NCBI GenBank assembly: GCA_044345405.1 | Contig: JBIJBE010000013.1 | Span: 1-64,000 of the forward strand | DNA from: Bdellovibrionota bacterium | GTDB taxonomy: Bacteria > Bdellovibrionota_C > UBA2361 > OMII01 | Direction of reading: 5' to 3' | DNA: 64,000 nucleotides | Shown: positions 1 through 9,806 of the stretch, one piece after another | How the letters are laid out: every line of letters starts with the position of its first letter | Position numbering within the stretch: position 1 is the first letter of the stretch | Notes under the pieces: model-generated | Databases searched by the model: none | Told to the model about the DNA's origin: nothing | What the model saw: the letters and a program-made list of their open reading frames with translations, nothing else | Program-made: the position numbers and the translations under genes

Positions 1-443
1 GCCCCGCGGTCTCTCCGCCATAACGCGGCGAACGCGAGAAGCGCTACTCCAGCAGCGGAGAGATGATACCGAAGCATTACCGCGAGATTTCCTCTCAGGG
101 CAAAAAGCTCCCCGGTACACGAGAGAGCCAGCGCGAAGAGGTACAAAAATCCCCACAGAGGAAGCGATCTCGTACCAAGCAAAAGAAGCGAGATTGAGCC
201 GATAGCTCCCAACGCGCAGTAGATGGAGTAGGTATAGAGGGTGCGGGGCATGCCTCCCTCAAAGGTTGATTTGACCCACTCCGCAACAGAGGAGACCGGA
301 TACGAAAGGGCGCCAAGGCAGGCCATGTGATTCGACTCTGCCCACAAACACTCCGAACGGAGCGCCCAGAAGCCACCTGCCAGCACAACGAGGGTAAGGA
401 TTTGAAAGAGAAGTAACGCTCTGCGGGTAGTTGATGAATTCAT
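1..443 (-). CDS. Polytopic membrane protein, 5' part only (runs off the left edge); possibly GT-C-like
   Basis: Hand translation from ATG at 443 is open to the edge: MNSSTTRRALLLFQILTLVVLAGGFWALRSE...YCALGAIGSISLLLLG...LWGFLYLFALAL...GVALLAFAALWRRDRG, with several hydrophobic segments. Not in the ORF track because there is no stop inside the window. Confidence 0.7.
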   Translation of the reverse strand, partial: MNSSTTRRALLLFQILTLVVLAGGFWALRSECLWAESNHMACLGALSYPVSSVAEWVKSTFEGGMPRTLYTYSIYCALGAIGSISLLLLGTRSLPLWGFLYLFALALSCTGELFALRGNLAVMLRYHLSAAGVALLAFAALWRRDRG

Positions 444-868
444 ACTAGTGTTTAATCGACGGTAACAACCACGTACACACAGCCAGGCCCTCGTATCGTA
501 TTTCAAAATTCCCGCTGGGTATTTCGAAAGTGCCGAGACGATTCCGCCCTGTACGCCCCGTTTCGCGAAAATCTCAAAATGCTCACTGCGGAAACTTCTT
601 TCGCTACCCTACAGGACCGGCTTCCCGACCTCGGCCCCATGCAGCCGTGATGCCAATCCATAAACCGCCGGAGATGCACCCATGAGACCGCGCGTACCTT
701 CCCTTCGGAGCGCTCTAGAAGGATATCCCAGGTATCCAGGCCATGCATCAGAGAAAAGCTCGTGAACGGTCCCCCACTCAGTGGGGGCGTTCGAACTTGC
801 TCGAACTAGGAGTCCACAAAGGCGCTTTAAAAAGAGGCCCCACGGTCCACCACGAGAAACAAGAGGAA

Positions 869-1993
869 TCAGTTTTTCCAGGTAGTAAGGTCGAAGTACC
901 TTTTGAGAAACCAGCTCATAGGAGCGCTAAAGTACCTCATTTGGTGTTCGTGGCCGAAATACATCTGGGGGACGAATAGATTGAGAAGGAAGAGATGCCC
1001 CACCACCCTCTGAAAACTTTTTGCCTCCCACCGCTGAGCGAGGGCGAGAAACCCTAACCAGATGACCGGGAACGCGGCGCCCATCAACCGAGTCGTATCG
1101 ACCGCCACATACAGCTGCCCCCCCGCACAAGCGAGGATCAAGAGATAGAGGACGACTTCGAGGAAATTCTTCTCCCGCAGGTGGATGCCAACCGCAAACG
1201 CCGGTATCACCCAAAATAATTTGAAAGCTTGAAAGGCGCCGGCGTACAATCCTTTTGAAACGCCAAGGAGAGCCCCCGCGTTTGACGGACTGAAATAGTA
1301 CGACACTCCGTAGGTGGGAGGTTGATACGAAGCCACGTACCTCACCCACCAATACCAAGGCAATGCGCTCAATCCCATGAGCACGATCGCTACCAAGGCG
1401 CGAGAAACTTTTCGATCGTTTCGCAGGTAATAGAACAACAGGAACCAAGGGAAGACACAAAAATTACTCTCATGATTAAGCAACGCCAGGGCCAACATCC
1501 ACGGCCATACAAGGTTGTTACGCACAGCGCACATTGCGAGGAGGATCAAGGCGTAGGAGGTGATGTCGGTGAACCCCGGAAAGTGAATGAAAAAAAGTAT
1601 TGGAGAGGAGAAAGCCATCACCGCCGCGCCGAGCACAGATGTCGTAGGAGGAAGCCCTTGTCTCCGAGCCACCACATACAAGAGGGCAAGAAACGCGACG
1701 CCGATGATATCGATGAAGAGAAGGAAGTCGTGATACGGGAAATAAGGCAAGCGGTATGCGTAGTGCGCGAGGAGAGATGTCAAAATTCGATTTTGCACCT
1801 TGTACCCTTCGAGGAAATTGAAGGGATTGAATGACATCAGCGTGTATTCCCCTCCGTTACCCGTGGGACCAGGTCCGGGCTCGACATAGATGCGAGCGAG
1901 CCATAACAACGCCATGCCGATAAGGACACCGCTGACAAACTTGCTAACTCGACGTTCAATGAACAGGAGGATTTCGTCAATTCGAGGAGTCAC
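869..1993 (-). CDS. Uncharacterised polytopic membrane protein, paralog 1 of 3 (putative GT-C-like)
   Basis: 374-aa hydrophobic ORF with GTG start. Shares RID.LL, RILT.L.AHYAY, RNNLVWPWMLA.ALLNHE and FQAFKLFW with the two neighbouring paralogs. Confidence 0.85.
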   Translation of the reverse strand: MTPRIDEILLFIERRVSKFVSGVLIGMALLWLARIYVEPGPGPTGNGGEYTLMSFNPFNFLEGYKVQNRILTSLLAHYAYRLPYFPYHDFLLFIDIIGVAFLALLYVVARRQGLPPTTSVLGAAVMAFSSPILFFIHFPGFTDITSYALILLAMCAVRNNLVWPWMLALALLNHESNFCVFPWFLLFYYLRNDRKVSRALVAIVLMGLSALPWYWWVRYVASYQPPTYGVSYYFSPSNAGALLGVSKGLYAGAFQAFKLFWVIPAFAVGIHLREKNFLEVVLYLLILACAGGQLYVAVDTTRLMGAAFPVIWLGFLALAQRWEAKSFQRVVGHLFLLNLFVPQMYFGHEHQMRYFSAPMSWFLKRYFDLTTWKN

Positions 1994-2053
1994 AGCGGTT
2001 CCATCTAGAGACTAACAGATTCTGTGTGTGTGCACGCGGGAAGCGTGTCGCCA

Positions 2054-2120
2054 CCCCAAAATACATCCCCAAAATGCATCCCCAAAATGCATCCCCAAAA
2101 TGCATCCCCAAAATACATCC
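2054..2120. repeat. Tandem repeat, 5 x 13 bp CCCCAAAAT(A/G)CAT
   Basis: Read directly. Units start at 2054, 2067, 2080, 2093 and 2106; the outer units have TACAT and the inner three TGCAT. Confidence 0.95.
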
Positions 2121-2148
2121 ACTGCACACTATATACTGCACACTATAT
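2121..2148. repeat. Tandem repeat, 2 x 14 bp ACTGCACACTATAT
   Basis: Read directly; it abuts the 13-bp array. Confidence 0.9.
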
Positions 2149-2294
2149 AACGACGCTGCGCACGGGGGTTCGTTCTGAATTCGCGATAGGAGATACTCCA
2201 TGTCACCCCATACGAAAACGGGCAGTCCCCACCATTCAAAAGGTCGTCTATCCCTCCCGCCCTGTCAATAAGCGGTTTTGCCACGGCCGACTCA

Positions 2295-3425
2295 TCAGTG
2301 TCTCCATGATTCCATGTCAAAGTACCAACCCAAGAACCAACTAACCGGACGACTGTAGAACCGCACGAGAACATCATGTCCAACATAGAATTCAGGAACG
2401 AATAAATTGAGAAGAAAGAGATGTCCGATCATCCGTTGGAACGTCACGACATTCCATCGTCGCGCGAGGGTGAGAAATCCAAGCCATACAACCGGAAAGG
2501 ACGCGCTGATAAGTCGCGAAGTGTCAATCGCGAAGCATAACTGGGCACACGCGCATGCCACAATTAAAAGATACAAGCTGGCTTCAAGAAAGTTCCGCTC
2601 TCGAAGATGCGTCACAATCGCATACGCAGGTATCACCCAGAACAGTTTAAACGCCTGAAAGAATCCGACGTACAGGTACTCCAGAACCATACGGAGCGTG
2701 GTTACCATCCCGAGACTTGCGTAGTAGGACACGCCATAGAGTGGGGCCTGAAAAGAAGCGACATACCTCACCCAAAAATACCACGGCACGGCGCTCAACA
2801 CCATCAGCCCGACCGCGCCTAACGCGCGATATACCTTTCGATCATTTCGAAGGTAATAGAACAGCAGGAACCAAGGGAACGAAAAAAAATTATTCTCGTG
2901 ATTCAAGAGAGCCAGGGCCAACATCCACGGCCACACAAGGTTGTTACGGACCGTGCACATCGCCAAAAATACGAGGGCATAGGAGGTTATGTCTGTGTAT
3001 CCAGCATAGTTAATAAAGAACAGAACCGGCGCGGAAAAAGTCAGAACGGCGGCAGCTAGAAGCGAGCTTGTCGGCGAAAGCCCCTCTCTTCGGGCCGCTC
3101 CATACAGGAGCGAGATAAAGCAAACACCGACGATATTAATAACAAGGATAAAATCTCGGTACGGGAAGAACGGGAGTTTGTACGCGTAGTGCGCGACGAA
3201 AGAGGTCAAGATTCTATTGTGCACCTTAAACCCAGGGGTAAAATCAAACGGGTCGAAGGACATCTGGTTGAAATCGTTGCCGTGATTGACGGGACCGGGG
3301 GCCGGGGCCACATAGACGTGCGCAAGCACGAGGAGCACGGTTGCCACAAGGATGGCGCTACAAGCTCTACCAACCCGCTTCTCAAAGAAAAGGAGCAGTG
3401 CGTCAATTCGTGCGGTCAAATTCAT
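2295..3425 (-). CDS. Uncharacterised polytopic membrane protein, paralog 2 of 3
   Basis: The ORF track gives 2295-3521. Start moved to ATG 3425 (MNLTARIDALL) by alignment with the paralogs and a purine-rich GAAGAGGAG just upstream. Confidence 0.85.
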   Translation of the reverse strand: MNLTARIDALLLFFEKRVGRACSAILVATVLLVLAHVYVAPAPGPVNHGNDFNQMSFDPFDFTPGFKVHNRILTSFVAHYAYKLPFFPYRDFILVINIVGVCFISLLYGAARREGLSPTSSLLAAAVLTFSAPVLFFINYAGYTDITSYALVFLAMCTVRNNLVWPWMLALALLNHENNFFSFPWFLLFYYLRNDRKVYRALGAVGLMVLSAVPWYFWVRYVASFQAPLYGVSYYASLGMVTTLRMVLEYLYVGFFQAFKLFWVIPAYAIVTHLRERNFLEASLYLLIVACACAQLCFAIDTSRLISASFPVVWLGFLTLARRWNVVTFQRMIGHLFLLNLFVPEFYVGHDVLVRFYSRPVSWFLGWYFDMESWRH

Positions 3426-3731
3426 CTCCTCTTCAAGACATGGAAGCTGCAAGACACGGAAGCCGTAGGGTGGCACAGCTAGCGCAGCGTCGCTCCGCCT
3501 CGACACCATGGCGCGGTACATGCCGCTCAGCGCTTCGTCGAGAAGGCTATTCCCTCAAAAGTGGAGATTGACACAGCGCCGCCAACCACTATGCTACGCT
3601 GAAAAGATATCCGCAATCGCCGCATCCATTCGCTTTGCATACCTAGGGTATGCAGCCTGTGCGCATCCTTCACGAAGAGGAGCGCCACACGATGGGAATG
3701 CTGGCCTTTTCGTTCAAAGGACCTACGCACC

Positions 3732-4841
3732 TTGGCTAATCGAATCGACGCGCTACTGCAATGGCTTGAGAACAAGGGAGGAAGGGGGCTCGTCGCCACT
3801 CTCGTTGCGACCCTCTTGTTGGTGCTGGCCCATATCTATGTGACTCCGGGTAAGGGGCTCACGAATGAGGGCTCGCAGTACGCGCAGCTCTCTCTTCATC
3901 CGTTGGATATTGCGACACCACAACCACAACAGACGAGGATACTAACTCCCCTTCTCGCTCATTACGCCTATTTTCTTCCTCTTTTCCCATCACAGGACTT
4001 CGTTCTCTTAACCGATCTCATCGGCATTGTATTCCTTGGGGTGCTGTACGCGGGAACACGTTCTCAGGGGATCTCCCCGATCATGGCAACCATGGGCGCG
4101 GCAATCATGGCGTTCTCCGCGCCGATCTTACTCCCCATCTACTTTCCCGGCTCTATAGAGGTTACCTCATACCTCTTCGTCTTTCTCGCGATGTGCACGG
4201 TACGGAATAACCTTGTGTGGCCGTGGATGCTCGCATCCGCGTTGCTGAATCACGAAAACAACCTCTTTGCCCTGCCCTGGTTCCTCCTCTTTTATCACCT
4301 CAGAAACGATCGAAAGGCGCTTCGAACGCTAGGAGCTATCCCTCTTGTAATACTCAGCGCCCTTCCATGGTACTGGGTCACCCAGGCGGTATCCTCACAC
4401 GGTGGCTTCACCTCATCCTTCGCGTTCTTGTTAAACGCGCCACCGCCGAAGGAGATGTTTCGATTGGTTGCGCTCAATTTTTATCACGGCTCATTTCAAG
4501 CATTTAAATTATTTTGGGCACTTCCGGCCTACGCGATCGTTATCCACCTTAAAGAACGAAACTTCACGGAGATACTGCTCTATGTGCTGATCGTTCTCTG
4601 CTGCGTCGCGCAGGTATGCGTTTCTTCAGAGGTAACCCGACTTTTGGCCTCTGCCTTCCCTGTGATCTGGCTCGGGTTCATAACCCTCGCTCGAAGCGTT
4701 GAAACCGCCCTTTTTCACAAGGTGATGGCACATCTCTTCGTCATCAATCTTTTGGTGCCTCAGTTCTATCTCGGCAAGGATAAGCCGATCAGATTGTATA
4801 GCGTCCCGGGAGCCTGGGGCTTGAGGAAGTTCTTCGGATAA
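3732..4841 (+). CDS. Uncharacterised polytopic membrane protein, paralog 3 of 3 (inverted orientation)
   Basis: 369 aa with TTG start, MANRIDALL...RNNLVWPWMLASALLNHENN...FQAFKLFW; collinear with paralogs 1 and 2. Confidence 0.85.
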   Translation: MANRIDALLQWLENKGGRGLVATLVATLLLVLAHIYVTPGKGLTNEGSQYAQLSLHPLDIATPQPQQTRILTPLLAHYAYFLPLFPSQDFVLLTDLIGIVFLGVLYAGTRSQGISPIMATMGAAIMAFSAPILLPIYFPGSIEVTSYLFVFLAMCTVRNNLVWPWMLASALLNHENNLFALPWFLLFYHLRNDRKALRTLGAIPLVILSALPWYWVTQAVSSHGGFTSSFAFLLNAPPPKEMFRLVALNFYHGSFQAFKLFWALPAYAIVIHLKERNFTEILLYVLIVLCCVAQVCVSSEVTRLLASAFPVIWLGFITLARSVETALFHKVMAHLFVINLLVPQFYLGKDKPIRLYSVPGAWGLRKFFG

Positions 4842-5149
4842 TAGAGGGGCATACCAGAGCGGGCAACCGAGGATCCCAAATCAAACTTCTACCATGAGCC
4901 CCTATCCTCACTTCCTGCCCCTGGTAGTGCGAGCCCAAATCTCTGATACAAAAAGCCACGTTAAGGCCATGCGGGGCGATGCCGCGGCCTGGCGAAAATA
5001 ACCGCCGTTCTAAATGCTTACATCTCAAAAAAGCCCCCCACCGATTTAGAGCATTGAAGCATCTAACCTCTATCTGGTACGTACTTTATCTTGCGATGCA
5101 TCCGAGCGCCTGCTGATGTGGAGCTCGGAGCGTAAAAGCCCTCACCGTC

Positions 5150-5911
5150 ATGGACCTCTCTCTCGTCATCCCGATATACAACGGGGCCGCCTACGCGGCT
5201 GAGAGCGCCAAGCTCGTACACTCATACCTAAGCTCAATTCCCGACCTCACGTTTGAGATTATCTTTGTCGACGATGGAAGCTCTGACTCAACCAGCCAAG
5301 AGCTTAATTCTCTGACGTTAAGCCACCTGAAGGTCATCACCTTACCCGCGAATCAAGGAAAATTCGGGGCCATCAAGGCTGGCATGCTCTCTGCCGTTGG
5401 ATCTTGCCGCATCTTCACTGACGGTGACATTCCGTACGAGATGGAGGCGGTACAGTATATTTATTCGATTATTTCCGAGCGCCACGTCCACGTAGTGGTA
5501 GGCGATAGAAACCTGATGGGATCGGAGTATGCCGAGCAGCTCACGCCCATACGATCCGTCGTAACGCACATATTCACTTTCTTCGTGCGTACCCTTGTAA
5601 CCGCGGGCTTGTTCGACACACAGTGCGGGCTCAAAGGATTTAGGGGCGATGTGGCGGAAGCTCTCTTCCCCATGCTTCGAGATACCGGATTCTCAGGAGA
5701 TGTGGAGCTTCTCTACATCTGTCTCAAGTACAATCTGGAGATTAAGAGGATCCCTGTGCGACTCCGGCGTAGCGCTCCCTCGTCCGTGCGGGTCGTTAAC
5801 CACGGATTTCGGATGTTACGCCGAATCTCCCGCCTCCGTCGATCGTGGAGAAAAGGTTTCTACTTCTCAGAGAGGATGCATACGATAGCCGACCAACGCT
5901 ATTGGAGATAA
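5150..5911 (+). CDS. GT2 glycosyltransferase, polyprenol/dolichyl-phosphate glycosyltransferase-like
   Basis: LSLVIPIYN, VDDGSSD, NQGKFGA, FTDGD and DTQCGLKGF motifs typical of DPG/DPM-synthase-like GT2. Confidence 0.88.
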   Translation: MDLSLVIPIYNGAAYAAESAKLVHSYLSSIPDLTFEIIFVDDGSSDSTSQELNSLTLSHLKVITLPANQGKFGAIKAGMLSAVGSCRIFTDGDIPYEMEAVQYIYSIISERHVHVVVGDRNLMGSEYAEQLTPIRSVVTHIFTFFVRTLVTAGLFDTQCGLKGFRGDVAEALFPMLRDTGFSGDVELLYICLKYNLEIKRIPVRLRRSAPSSVRVVNHGFRMLRRISRLRRSWRKGFYFSERMHTIADQRYWR

Positions 5912-6109
5912 GGGGCCGCTTCGTACCACGACGGGAAACCCTCTGGTTCCTCGGTAATCAAGGTGGACGCACAGCTCACGAGTCTTTTCATCGCAACGTA
6001 CAACACGGCAGTTTTCAGAGCCATATTTGAGAGCTACGGCGCCTACGCTCGACGCATCCTACCAGAGTCCCCGTCCATTTTGGGCATGTTAATTCGAATC
6101 GGGCGAGCT

Positions 6110-8131
6110 ATGTCATCATCCGAAATAACCACGCAAGCCAATGATGAGTTAGATGTGCTACCCGAACGGTTAAGAAAGCTCATTTCATGGAGGTCGGCGC
6201 TGCGATTCGTGATTACTCTCGCGGTCACCACGGTCGCATATTGGGAGGCAACATACATAGCCTGGGTGGGAGACGACGCCGCTATCACCCTTCGAACCGT
6301 GATGAACTTCGTGTATGGGTATGGCCCCGTCTATAACGTCGGCGAACGAGTTCAAGCATTCACACATCCACTCTGGTTTCTTCTTGTCTCACTCGCAACC
6401 TATCTCTACCCGCATGTCCTTCAAGTAACCTTCGCGATATCAATCGGACTCTCAGTACTGTTCATGTTCCTCCTCACTCAAGGAATATGCACAACCTGGC
6501 TTTCATCTCTCCTTGCGGCAAGTATCCTGTTGATGTGCAAAAGCTACGTCGACTTCTCGGCGAGTGGCCTAGAGAACCCACTATCTAACCTTCTCCTGCT
6601 CCTGTTTGTCCTCGCGGCCCACAGGTGCCTAAAGGTCAAGTCGACCAGCTCTTTAGGGATGGTGGCGTTCGTTGCCTCGCTACTTTACCTGACACGCGCC
6701 GACCTGATGGTGCTTGTTGCGCCTCTGGGGTGTTTCCTTCTACTTCACGTCAAACCTCCCAGAGGACAACTTCTCAAAGCAGCGTGTATAGCCGCCACTC
6801 CTGTTGTGGGATGGACTATATTTTCGATTGTCTACTACGGATTCCCCTTTCCGAACACCGCATACGCGAAGCTGGGAACAGGAACAACGATCTGGGAGAA
6901 TACGATTCAGGGATGGCGATACCTTCAGGAGTCATTTTCAGTGGATCCTGTCACCTTGATGACCGTTCTGGCGGGAGGCATCGCGGGGATAATCTCGGCA
7001 GGTCCTAACCGAATGCTCGGAGTCGGAGTTCTCCTTTATCTGCTCTACATTCTGCGGATAAGCGGCGATTTCATGAGTGGGAGGTTTTTGGTCGCTCCTC
7101 TGGTGGTGAGCATCATCATCCTCGCACGGAAGCCACGCGCATTCTCCTTTGTAGGGATAGGTCTCGCTCTCTGTGGGGCGGTCAACATAAGACCGGCGAT
7201 TCTCGAACAGAGGGCGACCTTTAGTTGGGATAAGAATGGTATCGCTGATGAACGGAGGATCTATTGGCCGGCCCGCAGCCTTGGAAGAATGCAGTCCAGT
7301 CACCATATCCCTGACTTCAACAAACGGTGGATCTCCTTTGAGCCACAGCGCATGGGCACGCTCTCAAAGACATGTGGCGGCTTAGGATATACTGGCCTCG
7401 AAGGAGGCCCCCAACTTCACATAATTGACATCTGCGGCTTATCCGATCCACTTCTCGCTCGCTTACCGAGCCGCCCGAGGCAACGGGTCGGACATTGGGA
7501 ACGAAATCTCCCAACCAATTATGAGATGAGCGTGTACGACGACTTCAATCATTTGGTCGACGAGGATGTCCGGAGTTACTACGAAAAGATCCGTCTCGTT
7601 ACGAGAGGCCCTCTTTTCACCGCTGAAAGATGGAAAGCGATATACCAACTTAATTTTGGCGCTAAGCCGGACCTTTCGCGCTGGTCAACCTATAGTCCGA
7701 AACGGAATGATGGAGTCTCTGATCGAGTCGTACCCATTACCCGATTACGACCAACTGCTCGAGAGGCGGGAGCCTGCGGAGAGCTGGGAACAATTATCTT
7801 TGGCCAACATCTTGGCGATACTGTCGAAGTCAAACTCTCCCAGAAGGAAGCGATCGACTTCATCGACATCTCAATAAATGGCAATGAAAGATTCCAGATA
7901 GAGTATTTCAACGGCGCCTCGTATGCCCCCCTCTTTGAGATCGGCCCACGCACGAGTCCCTCAATGCAATCATTCATGATTCCGCCCTACGGCCCCTTGA
8001 GACCTGGGGAGGACTGCCTAGTGCGTTACAAAAGGCTTATAGCCGAGCCGAAGCCAATAACGGACCGAATTAGAATTGTGGCCCTCGATGGGAACAAAAC
8101 CTTGTCTATCGGACACCTTTTGGTGCGCTAG
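6110..8131 (+). CDS. AftB-like GT-C membrane glycosyltransferase with C-terminal soluble extension
   Basis: WVGDDAAITLR...GPVYNVGERVQAFTHPLW, SGLENPL, YYGFPFPNTAYAK, GDFMSGRF and GLSDPLLAR motifs. Start placed at ATG 6110 (track start 5963). Confidence 0.8.
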   Translation: MSSSEITTQANDELDVLPERLRKLISWRSALRFVITLAVTTVAYWEATYIAWVGDDAAITLRTVMNFVYGYGPVYNVGERVQAFTHPLWFLLVSLATYLYPHVLQVTFAISIGLSVLFMFLLTQGICTTWLSSLLAASILLMCKSYVDFSASGLENPLSNLLLLLFVLAAHRCLKVKSTSSLGMVAFVASLLYLTRADLMVLVAPLGCFLLLHVKPPRGQLLKAACIAATPVVGWTIFSIVYYGFPFPNTAYAKLGTGTTIWENTIQGWRYLQESFSVDPVTLMTVLAGGIAGIISAGPNRMLGVGVLLYLLYILRISGDFMSGRFLVAPLVVSIIILARKPRAFSFVGIGLALCGAVNIRPAILEQRATFSWDKNGIADERRIYWPARSLGRMQSSHHIPDFNKRWISFEPQRMGTLSKTCGGLGYTGLEGGPQLHIIDICGLSDPLLARLPSRPRQRVGHWERNLPTNYEMSVYDDFNHLVDEDVRSYYEKIRLVTRGPLFTAERWKAIYQLNFGAKPDLSRWSTYSPKRNDGVSDRVVPITRLRPTAREAGACGELGTIIFGQHLGDTVEVKLSQKEAIDFIDISINGNERFQIEYFNGASYAPLFEIGPRTSPSMQSFMIPPYGPLRPGEDCLVRYKRLIAEPKPITDRIRIVALDGNKTLSIGHLLVR

Positions 8132-8544
8132 GTGTGTGTGTTGCCACGGAGAATCGCGCCCCTGTCCGGACGCCTCACCGACGAGCCTCTACATAACGGT
8201 GTAATTCGATAGAAAAGGTCGTAAGCCGACATAATTCCATGGATTTGAGCAACGAACTTGCTCCTTACCTCATCTTTATCTAGGGGCTTTTTGCCCGGAA
8301 GGCTTCGGTCCAGATCCGTTGCGTCATTGCGCGCGTACCGGGCCGGTGCTCACGAGCGACGCGAACTCACTCGGTCGAGAAGCATTCCCCCTTGCTGGGC
8401 AAAAGTGGGCTTGCTAGCCTTTTTTAAGTTCTCGGCATCTATCCGAACGTGATGAGTACTGCCTCACGAGCGAAGAGATAAGCCGGCGAAAAGCTCAAAA
8501 GTTTTAGCGCCCCATTCCTGTCCGCAGACGGTATTTAGAGCAGG

Positions 8545-9801
8545 TTGATTTTGAAAAAAGATATTTTGCAGTCGTTGGACTATTGGGTGGGGATCCCCTT
8601 GTGCGCTGTCGCGACCCTGGCCCGACGCACGCTGAGACTTTTTTCATCGCGCCCCGTGGGCACGCGCCCCGGTCGCATCTCCAAGTTACTCATTATCGAA
8701 CTGAGCGAGATGGGAAGCGTCATACTTCTCTCGCCAGCCATGCTCGAACTGCAACGTCGAGACCCAGATATTCAGATTTACTTCCTCACCTTCGCCAAGA
8801 ATCGATCGAGCGTTCAATCTATCGGCTTAGTGCCGGACGATCACGTCCTTTGTATTAAAACAGACTCCTTCGTGAGCATGGTTACCTCCGCGCTCAAAAC
8901 CCTCTTTACGTGTCGGCGACTACGTTTCGACGCGGTCGTCGATGGAGAACTCTTTTCGCGATTTTCTCACGTGTTCTCCTTTGTGATCGGCGCGACCTGG
9001 CGCGTAGGGTTTCACCAGTTCCATCAAGAGGGCCTCTACTGCGGAGATCTTCTAACCCACCGGGTAAGCTACTCACCTCATATCCACATGTCGGGTAACT
9101 ATCACCGGCTCTTCACCGCGCTCGAATGCCCCGAATCGACGGATCCCGCGCCTAAAATTGCGAGACCGGCCATAGACTACATTCGAGATGTTCCTCACTT
9201 CAAAGCGGACCCAGAGGAGATGCGTTTCGTTGAACAGATGCTCTCCGAAAAAGGTGTCCTGAAAGGAGATAAGCTCATCCTTCTCAATCCCGACCCAGGC
9301 GAGGATATTCCCCTCCGCGGATGGCCGTTGCAGAGCTATTCAGCGCTCATCAAAAAACTGCGAGTCCGATACCCGTCCCACAAGATCGGTGTCATGGGAC
9401 TTCCAGCCTCACGGCGATACCTCGCGCCCCTCTTTTGGGAATGGGGCGCCGCGTTAATTGACTTCACGGGAGCTACCCGACACTGGCAAGATCTCGCATG
9501 CCTTCTCATGAAATCTGAGGTACTCGTCTCGACAGATTCAGGACCCGCTCACCTAACCGCCCTGACGCGAACACCTTCAGTGGTCATGTTTGGTCCCGAA
9601 AACCCACTCCTCTATAAGCCTCTCTCCGCGGTGTGCACGGTGCTCTATACACAACACCAGTGCAGCCCATGCCTCTCCGCGTTTAATGGAAGAACCAGCC
9701 CATGCAAGCGGAATGTATGCATGGAGGGTATCCATGTAGAGGAAGTATTCTCAGCGGTGTCAGCGATTCTTGGTGAGCAGTCGAACATTTCACACGGATA
9801 A
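8545..9801 (+). CDS. GT9 (heptosyltransferase-like) glycosyltransferase
   Basis: LSEMGSV, RGWP and VSTDSGPAHL...SVVMFGP motifs plus C-terminal CSPC...C...C. Confidence 0.85.
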   Translation: MILKKDILQSLDYWVGIPLCAVATLARRTLRLFSSRPVGTRPGRISKLLIIELSEMGSVILLSPAMLELQRRDPDIQIYFLTFAKNRSSVQSIGLVPDDHVLCIKTDSFVSMVTSALKTLFTCRRLRFDAVVDGELFSRFSHVFSFVIGATWRVGFHQFHQEGLYCGDLLTHRVSYSPHIHMSGNYHRLFTALECPESTDPAPKIARPAIDYIRDVPHFKADPEEMRFVEQMLSEKGVLKGDKLILLNPDPGEDIPLRGWPLQSYSALIKKLRVRYPSHKIGVMGLPASRRYLAPLFWEWGAALIDFTGATRHWQDLACLLMKSEVLVSTDSGPAHLTALTRTPSVVMFGPENPLLYKPLSAVCTVLYTQHQCSPCLSAFNGRTSPCKRNVCMEGIHVEEVFSAVSAILGEQSNISHG

Positions 9802-9806
9802 AGAAG

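Noticed and set aside
503-979. Short ORFs 503-748 (-) and 743-979 (+) as genes
   Set aside because: No recognisable motifs or ribosome-binding site; one overlaps paralog 1 in antisense.
2054-2148. CRISPR array
   Set aside because: The units are 13-14 bp and directly adjacent, with no unique spacers and no cas genes in the window.
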